Of a DNA stretch of 64,000 nucleotides, positions 38,779 through 47,821 are shown piece by piece. A program made the position numbers and the translations under genes. The DNA comes from an uncultured Rhodospirillaceae bacterium. GTDB taxonomy: Bacteria; Pseudomonadota; Alphaproteobacteria; Rhodospirillales; Defluviicoccaceae. Under the pieces are notes generated by a model. That model was not told where the DNA came from. It worked only from the letters and a program-made list of their open reading frames with translations, and did not search any database. The stretch's first letter is position 1. Each line of letters starts with the position of its first letter. The stretch is from positions 71,500 through 135,499 of the forward strand of contig CAZFBS010000003.1 of the NCBI GenBank assembly GCA_964517265.1. Direction: 5' to 3'.

Positions 38779-39597
38779 ATGGCCGCGAGTGTCAAGTGCA
38801 TCGTTGTTCATATTTCCGATGATCGCAAGCACACGCTGCGACTCCACGTTGCGGTGGAACTGGCGCGGCGTTTCCAGGCCCACCTGAACGTCGTGTACGC
38901 GAAACCGGCCATCAACTACCCGGCGCCGGCGGTGGGACGGGCGGTTTCGATGAACTATCTGGATGACGAGACTGAACGGGAACAGCAGCATAGCAACCAG
39001 ATCAGGCAGGAAGTCGCCGAAGCCTGCAAAAATCTGCCGTCATGGGAGTGGCACCAGCACTTTGGCGATGTGGAGAACATTATCAGCCGTTACTCGCACT
39101 TGGCCGACCTCGTGATTGCGGAACAGACGCCTCAGACTGCGATGGAGGAGGTTCTGCTCTCGGACATGGCCAACACTCTGGTGAGGGCGACGGGTTGTCC
39201 GATGCTCTTGCTGCCGTGGGAGTGGGCACCCGGGCCGATCGGCACCCGAATTCTGATTGCATGGAAAGACAGCCGGGAAGCAAGCGCCGCGTTGCGCGTC
39301 TCGATGGATTTTCTGCGCGAGGCTGATCAGGTTTTCGTAATTCTAGCGAAGGAGCGGGATACGGAGATCCCCGGCGGCGACATTGTCCGTTATTTGAAGT
39401 GTCACGACGTCCATGCCACCATTGTCGGAACCAATGACGACGGCGGGAGAGCGATTCTTTCAACCGCCATCCAGTATGATTGCGATCTTCTGGTGATGGG
39501 CGCGTTCACGCACTCGCGCCTTCGCGAGATGCTGTTGGGCGGGGTTACTGAAACGATAATACGCGACACCACGATCCCGGTGCTGATGCGCCACTGA
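38779..39597 (+). CDS. tandem-domain universal stress protein
   Basis: Two USP halves (IVVHISDD...CPMLLLP and ILIAWKDS...[22 protein letters not shown]...IPVLMRH). Confidence 0.8.
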   Translation: MAASVKCIVVHISDDRKHTLRLHVAVELARRFQAHLNVVYAKPAINYPAPAVGRAVSMNYLDDETEREQQHSNQIRQEVAEACKNLPSWEWHQHFGDVENIISRYSHLADLVIAEQTPQTAMEEVLLSDMANTLVRATGCPMLLLPWEWAPGPIGTRILIAWKDSREASAALRVSMDFLREADQVFVILAKERDTEIPGGDIVRYLKCHDVHATIVGTNDDGGRAILSTAIQYDCDLLVMGAFTHSRLREMLLGGVTETIIRDTTIPVLMRH

Positions 39598-39675
39598 CCG
39601 ACGCTTTGGCTGGCGCCGAGCGCCGCCGAGGCAGCGCCGCCCGCAGCCTCTGTATCCGCTGTCTTGGTGACGGCT

Positions 39676-41199
39676 TTACATGAAAAACAGCAGCGTCACC
39701 ACTCCGAACAGCGGCACCAGGAAGAGGGCCGACCAGACAAGATAACCAAAGAAGCTGGGCATGCGGATACCGCTCGATTCCGCAATCGCCTTCACCATGA
39801 AGTTCGGTGCGTTGCCGATGTAGCTGTTCGCTCCCATGAACACGGCACCTGCAGAAACGGCGAGAAGCGTATTCGCGAGAGGTCCCATCAAGACCTCGGC
39901 GTTTCCTCCGGCGGCATTGAAGAAGACGAGGTAGGTCGGAGCGTTGTCGAGGAAACTCGAGAGCAAGCCGGTTACCCAGAAATACATCGCGTTGATCGGC
40001 TCCCCCTGATAACTGACGCCCGCGATGACGGCATGCAGATCACCGTTGTGGCCGGCTTTGAGGATCGCAATCACGGGAATGATCGTAACGAAGATACCGG
40101 CGAACAATTTCGAGACTTCAAGGATCGGATGCCAGTTGAATCCGTTGGCAAGCCGGTGGGCGCTGCTGGTGAATTGCCAGGACACCCAGGCAATCAGCAG
40201 CAAAAGAATATCCCGAACGATGTTCTGCAGTTGCACGTCGACGTGAAAGACGGAAATCGCGACGTTTGGCTGCCACACCCCGCTCATCAGCACCGCCCCG
40301 ACCACACATCCCAGCAGGAGAATGTTCGGCAGGCCCTTGATCCCGACTTTTGTCTTGTTGATGACAGGCGCCAGATCAACAAGTGTGTCGGTGGAAACGG
40401 TGCTGCCCGGATTAACCTCATCTTTTGTCTTCCCGCTGACAGGTGCGAGAGGCGCCGCCTCGCGGCGATAGTACCAGCTGTCGATAAAATAAAAAATAAT
40501 AAGTAAAGGTATTACTAACGTCAGCATCGGTAGCAACAAGTGGAGAGTAGGCCAAAAAAAATCTACACCTTTCAAAAAACCCAGGAAGAGCGGAGGGTCT
40601 CCCAGCGGTGTCAGGCTACCACCGATATTGCTGACCAGGAAAATGAAGAACACGATGACATGCACGTTGTGGCGGCGCTCGATGTTTGCCCGGATGACCG
40701 GGCGTATCAAAAGCATGGAGGCACCGGTCGTGCCGGCCCAACTCGCGATGATCGTCCCAAAGACGAGAAACCCGGTATTGCTGGCTGGGGTCCCCCGGAA
40801 AGTCCCCGAGATGTGAATCCCGCCCGCCACCGTGAACAATGACAGCAGCAGAATGATGAACGGCAGGTACTCCAGCGCTAAAAGATGCACGATCTCCATC
40901 AAGGTGGTTTCCCAGCCGACGCTGAACAGCATCGGGATCACCACGCAGGCCGTCCAGAAAGCGGACACCTTGCCGAAATGGCGCTCCCAGAAATGAGGCG
41001 CGAGCAGGGGCATGATGGCAATCGAGAGCAGAATTCCGGCAAACGGAACAGCCCAGATCAGATTCAGCGTCGTGCCATCAAGATGGGCCGGGACTGCCCC
41101 CCCGCCATGACCCTCTTCGACAACACTCACGGCTTCAACCGCGCACGGCATGAACGCGGCAATTGCCGCAAAGGCGGCCCATATCGCTTTGGCATGCAT
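39676..41199 (-). CDS. NhaD/ArsB-superfamily sodium:proton antiporter-like permease
   Basis: 507-aa polytopic membrane protein. The IGGSLTPLGDPPLF motif is typical of this transporter family. Confidence 0.8.
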   Translation of the reverse strand: MHAKAIWAAFAAIAAFMPCAVEAVSVVEEGHGGGAVPAHLDGTTLNLIWAVPFAGILLSIAIMPLLAPHFWERHFGKVSAFWTACVVIPMLFSVGWETTLMEIVHLLALEYLPFIILLLSLFTVAGGIHISGTFRGTPASNTGFLVFGTIIASWAGTTGASMLLIRPVIRANIERRHNVHVIVFFIFLVSNIGGSLTPLGDPPLFLGFLKGVDFFWPTLHLLLPMLTLVIPLLIIFYFIDSWYYRREAAPLAPVSGKTKDEVNPGSTVSTDTLVDLAPVINKTKVGIKGLPNILLLGCVVGAVLMSGVWQPNVAISVFHVDVQLQNIVRDILLLLIAWVSWQFTSSAHRLANGFNWHPILEVSKLFAGIFVTIIPVIAILKAGHNGDLHAVIAGVSYQGEPINAMYFWVTGLLSSFLDNAPTYLVFFNAAGGNAEVLMGPLANTLLAVSAGAVFMGANSYIGNAPNFMVKAIAESSGIRMPSFFGYLVWSALFLVPLFGVVTLLFFM

Positions 41200-41434
41200 T
41201 GTTTTCAGGTCCCAGCTCCTTACCTATCGTAGCCGGTTCCATGCGGCTCGTATAGCTGCTGCAGGGTATTCGTTACAGTCTCATTACGATGTTTGTCCAG
41301 GGACGCATTTGAGGACTACAGGGTCGGGAGCGGACGCAGACGTCGCCGTTCGCTCCTTTGCCCATCCGATCGACAAGGGTGATTGGAAAGGTGCTGCCCA
41401 TTCCGCAAGAAGCCTTTTCTTGGTGGAACGGGAT

Positions 41435-43273
41435 CTAACGCTGGTTCAGAACGGTCCCACAGAAGACGAACTTGTTCGTTCCCCGGTCGAACACCCAGGT
41501 ATCCTGGTTGTTGCGACAATATTCCTGGAACTCCTGCGGAAACGCGACGCTGTCCAGCTGCCCGCGAAGGGCGGGCAGGATGCGGCGCCGAGGTCTCGCC
41601 CGCCGTTGCATTTGCAGATCTGACTTCGCCGCCTGACGCCTCAGAGTGGCGATTAACGCGTCGTTCATCCTGCCATCGACCGGAAGACCCGTATCCGCCT
41701 GGAACCGCTGAATCGCCGACCGGGTCCGTGGTCCCATGATCCCGTCGACGGGCCCTGCCCTGTACCCGCGTGCGTTCAACTCCGACTGGACAAAGGCGAG
41801 ATCGTTCCGCTCGATCAGGGGTGGCTGGCGACGTGGCTCGACCTGTGCAAGAGGTTCCTCGGCTGGAAGCGGAGAAGAGACCGCATTGATGTCTCTCTCA
41901 CCGGTTGCTCCGGCGAACAGCCCGGTCGGATCCGCCGTTTGCAGGGCTTCAGCAAGGTCTGACGGTCCTCCGGCGCTCCCTTCTGGTGCGGCTGGCGGCG
42001 CCGGCCGGTCGGCCGCGTCCTGCTCTCGCGCCGGGGAGTCCGCCGAGGTGCGAGCGCGATCGTCTTCTTCGTCAGTTGTGATCGCGGAATCCGGCGCTTC
42101 GACGGCAGCTTCAAAGGGAGGCTTGGAAAGCTGATAGCTTTGCTTGACGGCAACCGCCACGACGGCGGCACCGATCAGCAGAAGAATACCGCCTGCAACG
42201 GCCAGCAGTTTCGCACCCAATCTCAGAAATCTGCGGTGCCGCCGTCGTGGCGGTGGGCCGGTCATCGGCAGCAGGCCGCTCCCTGTGACACCCGCTGGCG
42301 GAGGTGGCATGGCGATTCGAGGACTGTCTTCGTAACTTGCCTCGTGCCGCGTCAGCGCATTGCTCTCTGGCGTACGGCCGGTCCGCGTGAAGCCTGTCCG
42401 CGTCTCACTGGCCGCCGTCCCATCTCCCGGCCGTCCCACACGGCTGTTCGTCCACAAGGGCTTCGACTGGCAGCCCAGTCCCCGTGCAAGCTTCTGCAGG
42501 TGATCGGGAAGAAACAATTCGTAAGCGGCGTCCTTGACGACATCTTCCGTCACCGGTGTCGAAACATCGCGTCCCGGTTGGGCGAGAATATACTGGCACA
42601 GCTGGACGATTCGGGCGGGGACGCGTTTGCTGAAATAGGCGATCCGGGCAATCGCATCGGGAGTGAAAAGATCGACATCGGGATAACCGGCAACCTGTAA
42701 ACGGTGCTTGATCAGACTTTCAACGTCGGCCAGCGCCAGCGGCGGCAGATCGAAGGTCAACTCTGCGGCCATCGCGTCATGCTCGCCCGGGCCGTGTAGG
42801 CGTTTCGGCTCCGGTTGGGCGGACATCACCACGCTGATCGCCGGCCATGTCTCGTTCAACACCGGCCATCGATGCCACAGGCTCGCGAGCACCTCCGGAT
42901 CCAGGCGATCGGCGTCATCGAGAAGCAGAACGGCCGTCTCCGGGCGTTGACTTTCCCCTTCGCACACCGTGGCGGTCACAAGCACCGCCGCTTCGATCGC
43001 CTCCAGAGAGGTGTCGTGTTGGCAGGAAAACACCAAGTCGTGGCCGAGCAGGGCAATGTCGCCGCTGGTATAGAGAAGCTCGGCCAGCTTGCGAAGAAAA
43101 GACGATTTGCCGGAACCCTCGCCGCCGACAACCAGCAGCCTTGTCCGACCTTCGGCAATCGCCGCGATCAGCGTGGCAAGAAGCTCCTCGTGCCGGGCGT
43201 TCAGATAGATATAGCGCCCATCGAAATCGGCACTGAACGGATCTTGCTCGACAAAAGACTGCTCAGAATCCAT
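41435..43273 (-). CDS. ExeA/GspA-like AAA+ ATPase with transmembrane segment and C-terminal peptidoglycan-binding domain
   Basis: Walker A GGEGSGKS and Walker B VLLLDDADRL. Then a long disordered Pro-rich region, one TM helix (LLAVAGGILLLIGAAVVAVAV), and a PG_binding_1-like segment LNARGYRAGPVDGIMGPRTRSAIQRFQADTGLPVDG. Confidence 0.75.
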   Translation of the reverse strand: MDSEQSFVEQDPFSADFDGRYIYLNARHEELLATLIAAIAEGRTRLLVVGGEGSGKSSFLRKLAELLYTSGDIALLGHDLVFSCQHDTSLEAIEAAVLVTATVCEGESQRPETAVLLLDDADRLDPEVLASLWHRWPVLNETWPAISVVMSAQPEPKRLHGPGEHDAMAAELTFDLPPLALADVESLIKHRLQVAGYPDVDLFTPDAIARIAYFSKRVPARIVQLCQYILAQPGRDVSTPVTEDVVKDAAYELFLPDHLQKLARGLGCQSKPLWTNSRVGRPGDGTAASETRTGFTRTGRTPESNALTRHEASYEDSPRIAMPPPPAGVTGSGLLPMTGPPPRRRHRRFLRLGAKLLAVAGGILLLIGAAVVAVAVKQSYQLSKPPFEAAVEAPDSAITTDEEDDRARTSADSPAREQDAADRPAPPAAPEGSAGGPSDLAEALQTADPTGLFAGATGERDINAVSSPLPAEEPLAQVEPRRQPPLIERNDLAFVQSELNARGYRAGPVDGIMGPRTRSAIQRFQADTGLPVDGRMNDALIATLRRQAAKSDLQMQRRARPRRRILPALRGQLDSVAFPQEFQEYCRNNQDTWVFDRGTNKFVFCGTVLNQR

Positions 43274-43416
43274 CAACTCGACTCATCATGAAGGCGATGG
43301 TGTTCCCGGGCGGCCGAGGACGATCACCAATCCTCGCGTTCGAACCCTTAGATAAGGAACCGTGCCTGCCGCCGATCTGGATAATACGTCTTTATGGTCG
43401 ATATGTCTGCGTCACT

Positions 43417-44142
43417 TCAACCACAACCTGCGAGAATGCGGCGGGCCTCATCGAGATCCGCCGGCGTGTCGACACTCAAGGGTACGGTGTCGACAACAAT
43501 AGCATCATAACGGAAACCGGCTTCGAGCAGACGAAGTTGTTCCAGATCTTCCGACAATTCAAGCGTGCTCTGGGATAGGCGCGCGTAGGCGTCGAGAGCC
43601 GGGCGCCGATACGCATAGAACCCGAGGTGATAGAAATACGGACCGTTGCGCGGGACCGCTCGGCGGCTGAAATACAAACAGCGGCCGCGCCGGCCGGATC
43701 GCCGGCTGAACACCGCCTTGACGATATTGGGATCTTCGACGTTTTGAGTGAGCGGAACGACCAGGGTGCCGACATCGACGTCGGGATCGGCGAGGCAGTC
43801 CAGCACGTCCCCCAGCAGCTGCGGCGCCGTCGTCGGCTGATCGCCCTGCATATTGACGACGACATCATACTTGGCCTCACGATCGATCTGTTGCAGTGCA
43901 GCGAAGATCCGATCGCTTCCGCGCGGCAGGCTGGGATCGGTCAACGCACATCTGCCGCCAAGGGCATCGATGACTTGGCAGATCTCGGGATCGCCGGCCG
44001 CCACCACCACCGGGCCGACATCGGCCGCGAGGGCACGCTCATAGACGTGCTGGATCATCGGCTTGCCGTGGATGTCGGCGAGCGGCTTGTTTTTCAGGCG
44101 TGTTGAGGCCATCCGGGCCGGAATGACGATGATGGGGTTCAT
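43417..44142 (-). CDS. kdsB: 3-deoxy-manno-octulosonate cytidylyltransferase
   Basis: MNPIIVIPARMASTRLKNKPLADIHGKPMIQHV and the NMQGDQP motif. Start trimmed to the ATG at 44142. Confidence 0.9.
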   Translation of the reverse strand: MNPIIVIPARMASTRLKNKPLADIHGKPMIQHVYERALAADVGPVVVAAGDPEICQVIDALGGRCALTDPSLPRGSDRIFAALQQIDREAKYDVVVNMQGDQPTTAPQLLGDVLDCLADPDVDVGTLVVPLTQNVEDPNIVKAVFSRRSGRRGRCLYFSRRAVPRNGPYFYHLGFYAYRRPALDAYARLSQSTLELSEDLEQLRLLEAGFRYDAIVVDTVPLSVDTPADLDEARRILAGCG

Positions 44143-44351
44143 GGAAGCCTCACGGATGCCACGTCGGATGTTCGGTGTCGGAGCCGGACCATGATCAGTC
44201 TTTTCCTTCCGCGCAAGCCGATGGGCCCGCTCCCGCAGCGTTTTTGCCTCAATTCGGCTGGTAGTGTACCCGGCGAGGCGCCGTGGCCCTTGGTCCCGGC
44301 GCCGGTTTCCGTTACCGTCAAGGGTATCTTTGCACATACGGGACCGTGAAT

Positions 44352-44903
44352 ATGCTGATCCGGGCGGATACCTCTTGTCTTCTCGTGGTGGACATCCAGG
44401 CCAAGCTGGCGCCGGTGATGGCGGAGCCGGAAAAGGTGGTGGCCAACACGGCACTGTTGCTGAAGGCGGCGCATCGGCTCGATGTGCCGGTCCTCGTGTC
44501 GGAGCAGTACCCGGCCGGGATCGGGCATACGGTTCCCGAACTGACGGCGCTGTTTTCGCCGGATGCCGTTGTCGAGAAGATGCACTTTTCCTGCTTGGGG
44601 GAAGACACCTATCAACAGCGACTGACCACACTCGATCGCCCGCAGGCGGTGGTTGCCGGCATCGAAGCCCATGTCTGCGTTCTGCAGACGACGGAGGATC
44701 TCCTCAGCGCCGGGCTCGACGTCTTTGTCGTTGCCGACGCCACCTCGTCGCGCAAGCGCCGCAATCACGATGCGGCACTGGAGCGTCTGCGGGCGGCGGG
44801 GGCGCGGATCGTCACGACCGAAATGGTTGTGTTCGAGTGGCTGGGAAGGGCGGACACGGCGACGTTTAAGGAGATCATCCCCTTGATCAAGGCCGGCGGA
44901 TGA
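44352..44903 (+). CDS. isochorismatase-family hydrolase
   Basis: LLVVDIQ, the VAGIEAHVCVLQT catalytic-cysteine region, and about 183 aa in length. Confidence 0.8.
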   Translation: MLIRADTSCLLVVDIQAKLAPVMAEPEKVVANTALLLKAAHRLDVPVLVSEQYPAGIGHTVPELTALFSPDAVVEKMHFSCLGEDTYQQRLTTLDRPQAVVAGIEAHVCVLQTTEDLLSAGLDVFVVADATSSRKRRNHDAALERLRAAGARIVTTEMVVFEWLGRADTATFKEIIPLIKAGG

Positions 44904-45033
44904 TCACTCCGACGAAGGACGGACAAAGGACGGCCGCTTGGCGGATTGCCTGCATGAAGGACGCCGGTGTGATCACCGGCGTCAACACGAGGAACTGGAA
45001 AGCCCACAGGAGAGCGAACATGGGAGGAGAGCC

Positions 45034-45582
45034 ATGTCCGGCATGATTTTGCCTTACCGCAGTGTCACTCCGCAGATTGCTGCGAGTGCATTCATTGCGC
45101 CCGGTGCAAGCATCATCGGCGACGTCGTCGTCGGCGCCGACACCAGCATCTGGTTTGGGTGCGTGATCCGCGGCGACGTCAACGTGATCAGGATCGGGGA
45201 GCGCACCAACATTCAGGACGGAACCGTCGTTCACGTCGCCCGCGAGAAGTTCGGGACCTACATCGGCTCCGACATCACCATCGGCCACATGGCCCTCATC
45301 CACGCCTGCACCCTGGAGGACACCTGCTTCATCGGCATGCGCGCCACCATCATGGACGGCTGCGTGGTCGAAGAGGGCGCGATGGTCGCGGCCGGCGCGC
45401 TGGTGACACCGGGCAAGCGGGTCGCGCGCGGCCAGCTGTGGGCGGGAACGCCGGCAAGACACATCCGAGATCTCGGTGCGGAGGAAAGGCAGCAGCTTGC
45501 CGCCACCACTGCACATTACGTACGGCTGGCCGGCTCCTACGGAAAGGCCCATTCGCAAGCAGGCGCGCCGGCTCATGTCTGA
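45034..45582 (+). CDS. gamma-carbonic-anhydrase-family (left-handed beta-helix) protein
   Basis: Hexapeptide-repeat pattern (FIAPGASIIGDVVVGADTSIWFGCVIRGDVN.IRIGERTNIQDG) is typical of the gamma-CA/YrdA family. GGGAGGAG Shine-Dalgarno. Confidence 0.85.
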   Translation: MSGMILPYRSVTPQIAASAFIAPGASIIGDVVVGADTSIWFGCVIRGDVNVIRIGERTNIQDGTVVHVAREKFGTYIGSDITIGHMALIHACTLEDTCFIGMRATIMDGCVVEEGAMVAAGALVTPGKRVARGQLWAGTPARHIRDLGAEERQQLAATTAHYVRLAGSYGKAHSQAGAPAHV

Positions 45583-46573
45583 TCCCTCGACGGCGCCTGC
45601 ACCCGCACCCGCCTCTTCCGGCCAGGATGAACTGATCGCCGCGGTTCAAGAAGGAAACCGGCGGGCGATCGCGCGGGCAATGGCGGTTGCAGAATCGACC
45701 ACGCCGGGCAGCCGCAGTCTCGTCGCCGAGATTCATCGGCTGGCGGGCCGCGCCCACACCGTCGGCATCACGGGAGTGCCCGGCAGCGGCAAGTCGACGA
45801 TGGTCCGGGCACTTGCGCAACGGCTGCGCGCCACCGGACGAACGGTGGGAATCGTCGCCATCGATCCTTCCAGCCCGTTCTCTGGAGGCGCGATTCTCGG
45901 CGATCGCATCCGGATGACGGAGCTGTCGGGTGATCCAGGGGTGTTCATCCGCAGCATGGCCACCCGCGGAGCGCTCGGTGGGCTCGCCCGCGCCACCCTT
46001 GACGTCGTCGATGTTCTGGATGCCGCCAACTACGACATCGTGCTGATCGAGACCGTCGGCGTCGGCCAGGACGAGGTCGATGTGGTCCAGGCCGCGCACA
46101 CCGTGGTGGTGGTGTCGGCGCCCGGACTGGGCGATGAGATCCAGGCGATCAAGGCGGGGGTGCTGGAAATTGCCGACATCCACGTGGTGAGCAAGTGCGA
46201 TCGCCCCGACGGCGCTAAGACGGTGCGGGACTTGCGAACCATGCTGAAGCTGGGCAGCCTCGGCCGCGGCGACAGCACGTGGACGATTCCGGTGGTTCGC
46301 ACCAGTGCGCAGAACCGGGAGGGAATCGATGAGCTGTTGAGCGTGATCGATGATCATCGGGTTCATCTTAACGCAAGCGGCGAATTGCAGATCCGTCGGC
46401 GCAAGATGCTGGAGATGCGCATCGTCAAGTCGGCGGAGGACATCATCCGCGACGAGTTGTCGGGGCGCCGCCGCGACGACTTGCGCGTGCTGTTGAACAA
46501 GGCCGTCAACGGGGATGTCGACCCCTACACCGCGGCGCGCTCGCTCTTGCATGCCATCAGCGAGGGGCTTTAG
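45575..46573 (+). CDS. meaB: methylmalonyl-CoA mutase-associated GTPase MeaB (ArgK family)
   Basis: GITGVPGSGKST P-loop, ILGDRIRM, ETVGVGQ and SKCD motifs. Its ATG overlaps the upstream gene end by 8 nt. Confidence 0.9.
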   Translation: MSDPSTAPAPAPASSGQDELIAAVQEGNRRAIARAMAVAESTTPGSRSLVAEIHRLAGRAHTVGITGVPGSGKSTMVRALAQRLRATGRTVGIVAIDPSSPFSGGAILGDRIRMTELSGDPGVFIRSMATRGALGGLARATLDVVDVLDAANYDIVLIETVGVGQDEVDVVQAAHTVVVVSAPGLGDEIQAIKAGVLEIADIHVVSKCDRPDGAKTVRDLRTMLKLGSLGRGDSTWTIPVVRTSAQNREGIDELLSVIDDHRVHLNASGELQIRRRKMLEMRIVKSAEDIIRDELSGRRRDDLRVLLNKAVNGDVDPYTAARSLLHAISEGL

Positions 46574-46619
46574 CAGGCTGTCGGGCAGGACCTGCTGCGG
46601 GGGCCCTGTCGGTCCTCGA

Positions 46620-47585
46620 TCAGTACCAAATCCCGGTCATGCGGCGACGCGGCCGGAGGTGAACGATCGGATAATCCAAGGGAACGTCGATCTTCCCAAT
46701 GAGCGGTTCCGCAGGCGCGGAAGGGGACAGAGACAGCAACCGGCTGATCCGCGTTTCGATCGGCGGATGGGTCCGCAACAGCGACGGATCCGGAATCCGT
46801 TGCGCCGGCAACAGCACTCTCTCCATGAAGTCGCCCTGCACACGTTCCATCTTTTCGAGCGCGCTCGCCAGCCCGACCGGATCGCCGGTCAGGCCAGCCG
46901 CGCCGAGATCGGCGTCGTACTCGCGGGCGCGTGACAGGGCCAGCTGGAGCAGGCTACCGAACGTTGGAGCCAGCATCAGGACCAGAATGAGCGGCCAGGG
47001 AGCCGTCCCATGCTCGATCAGCAACACCGGCAGACTGACCATCATCAGCAGCATGCCGCCCAGCGCCATGACCCGGGTCAACTGCGCAATCACGTCGGCA
47101 AGGCTCATCACCACCAGATCGTTGTTGCGGATATGACTGATTTCATGGGCGAGAACGCCGGCCATTTCCCGCAGACTGAGGGTTCTCAGCAATCCGTCGG
47201 TGATGGCGATCGCTGCATCATGCGGCCGTCCGACGGTAAAAGCGTTCAGCATCGAACTGGGCACGTAGTAGAGGCGCGGCGGCACCGGAAGTTTGGCTTT
47301 GGTCGCGATCCTTGCCAGAACCTCGTGAACCACGGGCAGGGCATGGCGGGGGATTTCTCGAGCGCGATACATCCCGAGAACCAGCCGCGGGGACGCTCCG
47401 GGAGCCAGGACAAGAGCGAAGCCGCTGCCGATCAGCGCCCACAGGACACCTTCGGGACCGGCGATCAGCCACGCGCACAGGCATAAAAGCGCAACCATGC
47501 CGACCAGCAGCATCGCCGAATGAAACAGGTTGCGGATTTTGTGCCGCCTCTGCTCGCGCGGATCGAGCGGCTTCAGCCTTGCCAA
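46620..47585 (-). CDS. htpX: M48-family zinc metalloprotease (HtpX-like)
   Basis: TM helices plus HEISHIRNND (HExxH) and a downstream REYDAD. Confidence 0.85.
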   Translation of the reverse strand: MARLKPLDPREQRRHKIRNLFHSAMLLVGMVALLCLCAWLIAGPEGVLWALIGSGFALVLAPGASPRLVLGMYRAREIPRHALPVVHEVLARIATKAKLPVPPRLYYVPSSMLNAFTVGRPHDAAIAITDGLLRTLSLREMAGVLAHEISHIRNNDLVVMSLADVIAQLTRVMALGGMLLMMVSLPVLLIEHGTAPWPLILVLMLAPTFGSLLQLALSRAREYDADLGAAGLTGDPVGLASALEKMERVQGDFMERVLLPAQRIPDPSLLRTHPPIETRISRLLSLSPSAPAEPLIGKIDVPLDYPIVHLRPRRRMTGIWY

Positions 47586-47821
47586 GGAAACCCTCTTCGC
47601 CTGCTATGGTCATCGCCCCGGCATCCCCCTGATTTAGTCGGCTCGATCCGCCCGCCCAGGGGCGGAATGCGCCGATCCTGCTTGCACCGGCCGTTTCGGC
47701 CGGCATGGAAGGACGGCCCTTAACACAGGCTACGAAACACACGGCGATTCCGGCTATCATCAGGGCGATCAGTAACAATGTTCAGATCACGGGCCGAACG
47801 CCCCGGGGACCGAGACAGCGG

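Noticed and set aside
44143-44631. Long N-terminal extension of the kdsB ORF (404 aa in the track)
   Set aside because: The first 163 residues are Pro/Arg/Ala-rich with no similarity to KdsB, which starts at the conserved MNPIIVIPAR. The same reasoning was used to trim pccB, hom, the acyl-CoA ligase, the isochorismatase, the gamma-CA, meaB, the IlvD-family gene and the GGDEF gene.
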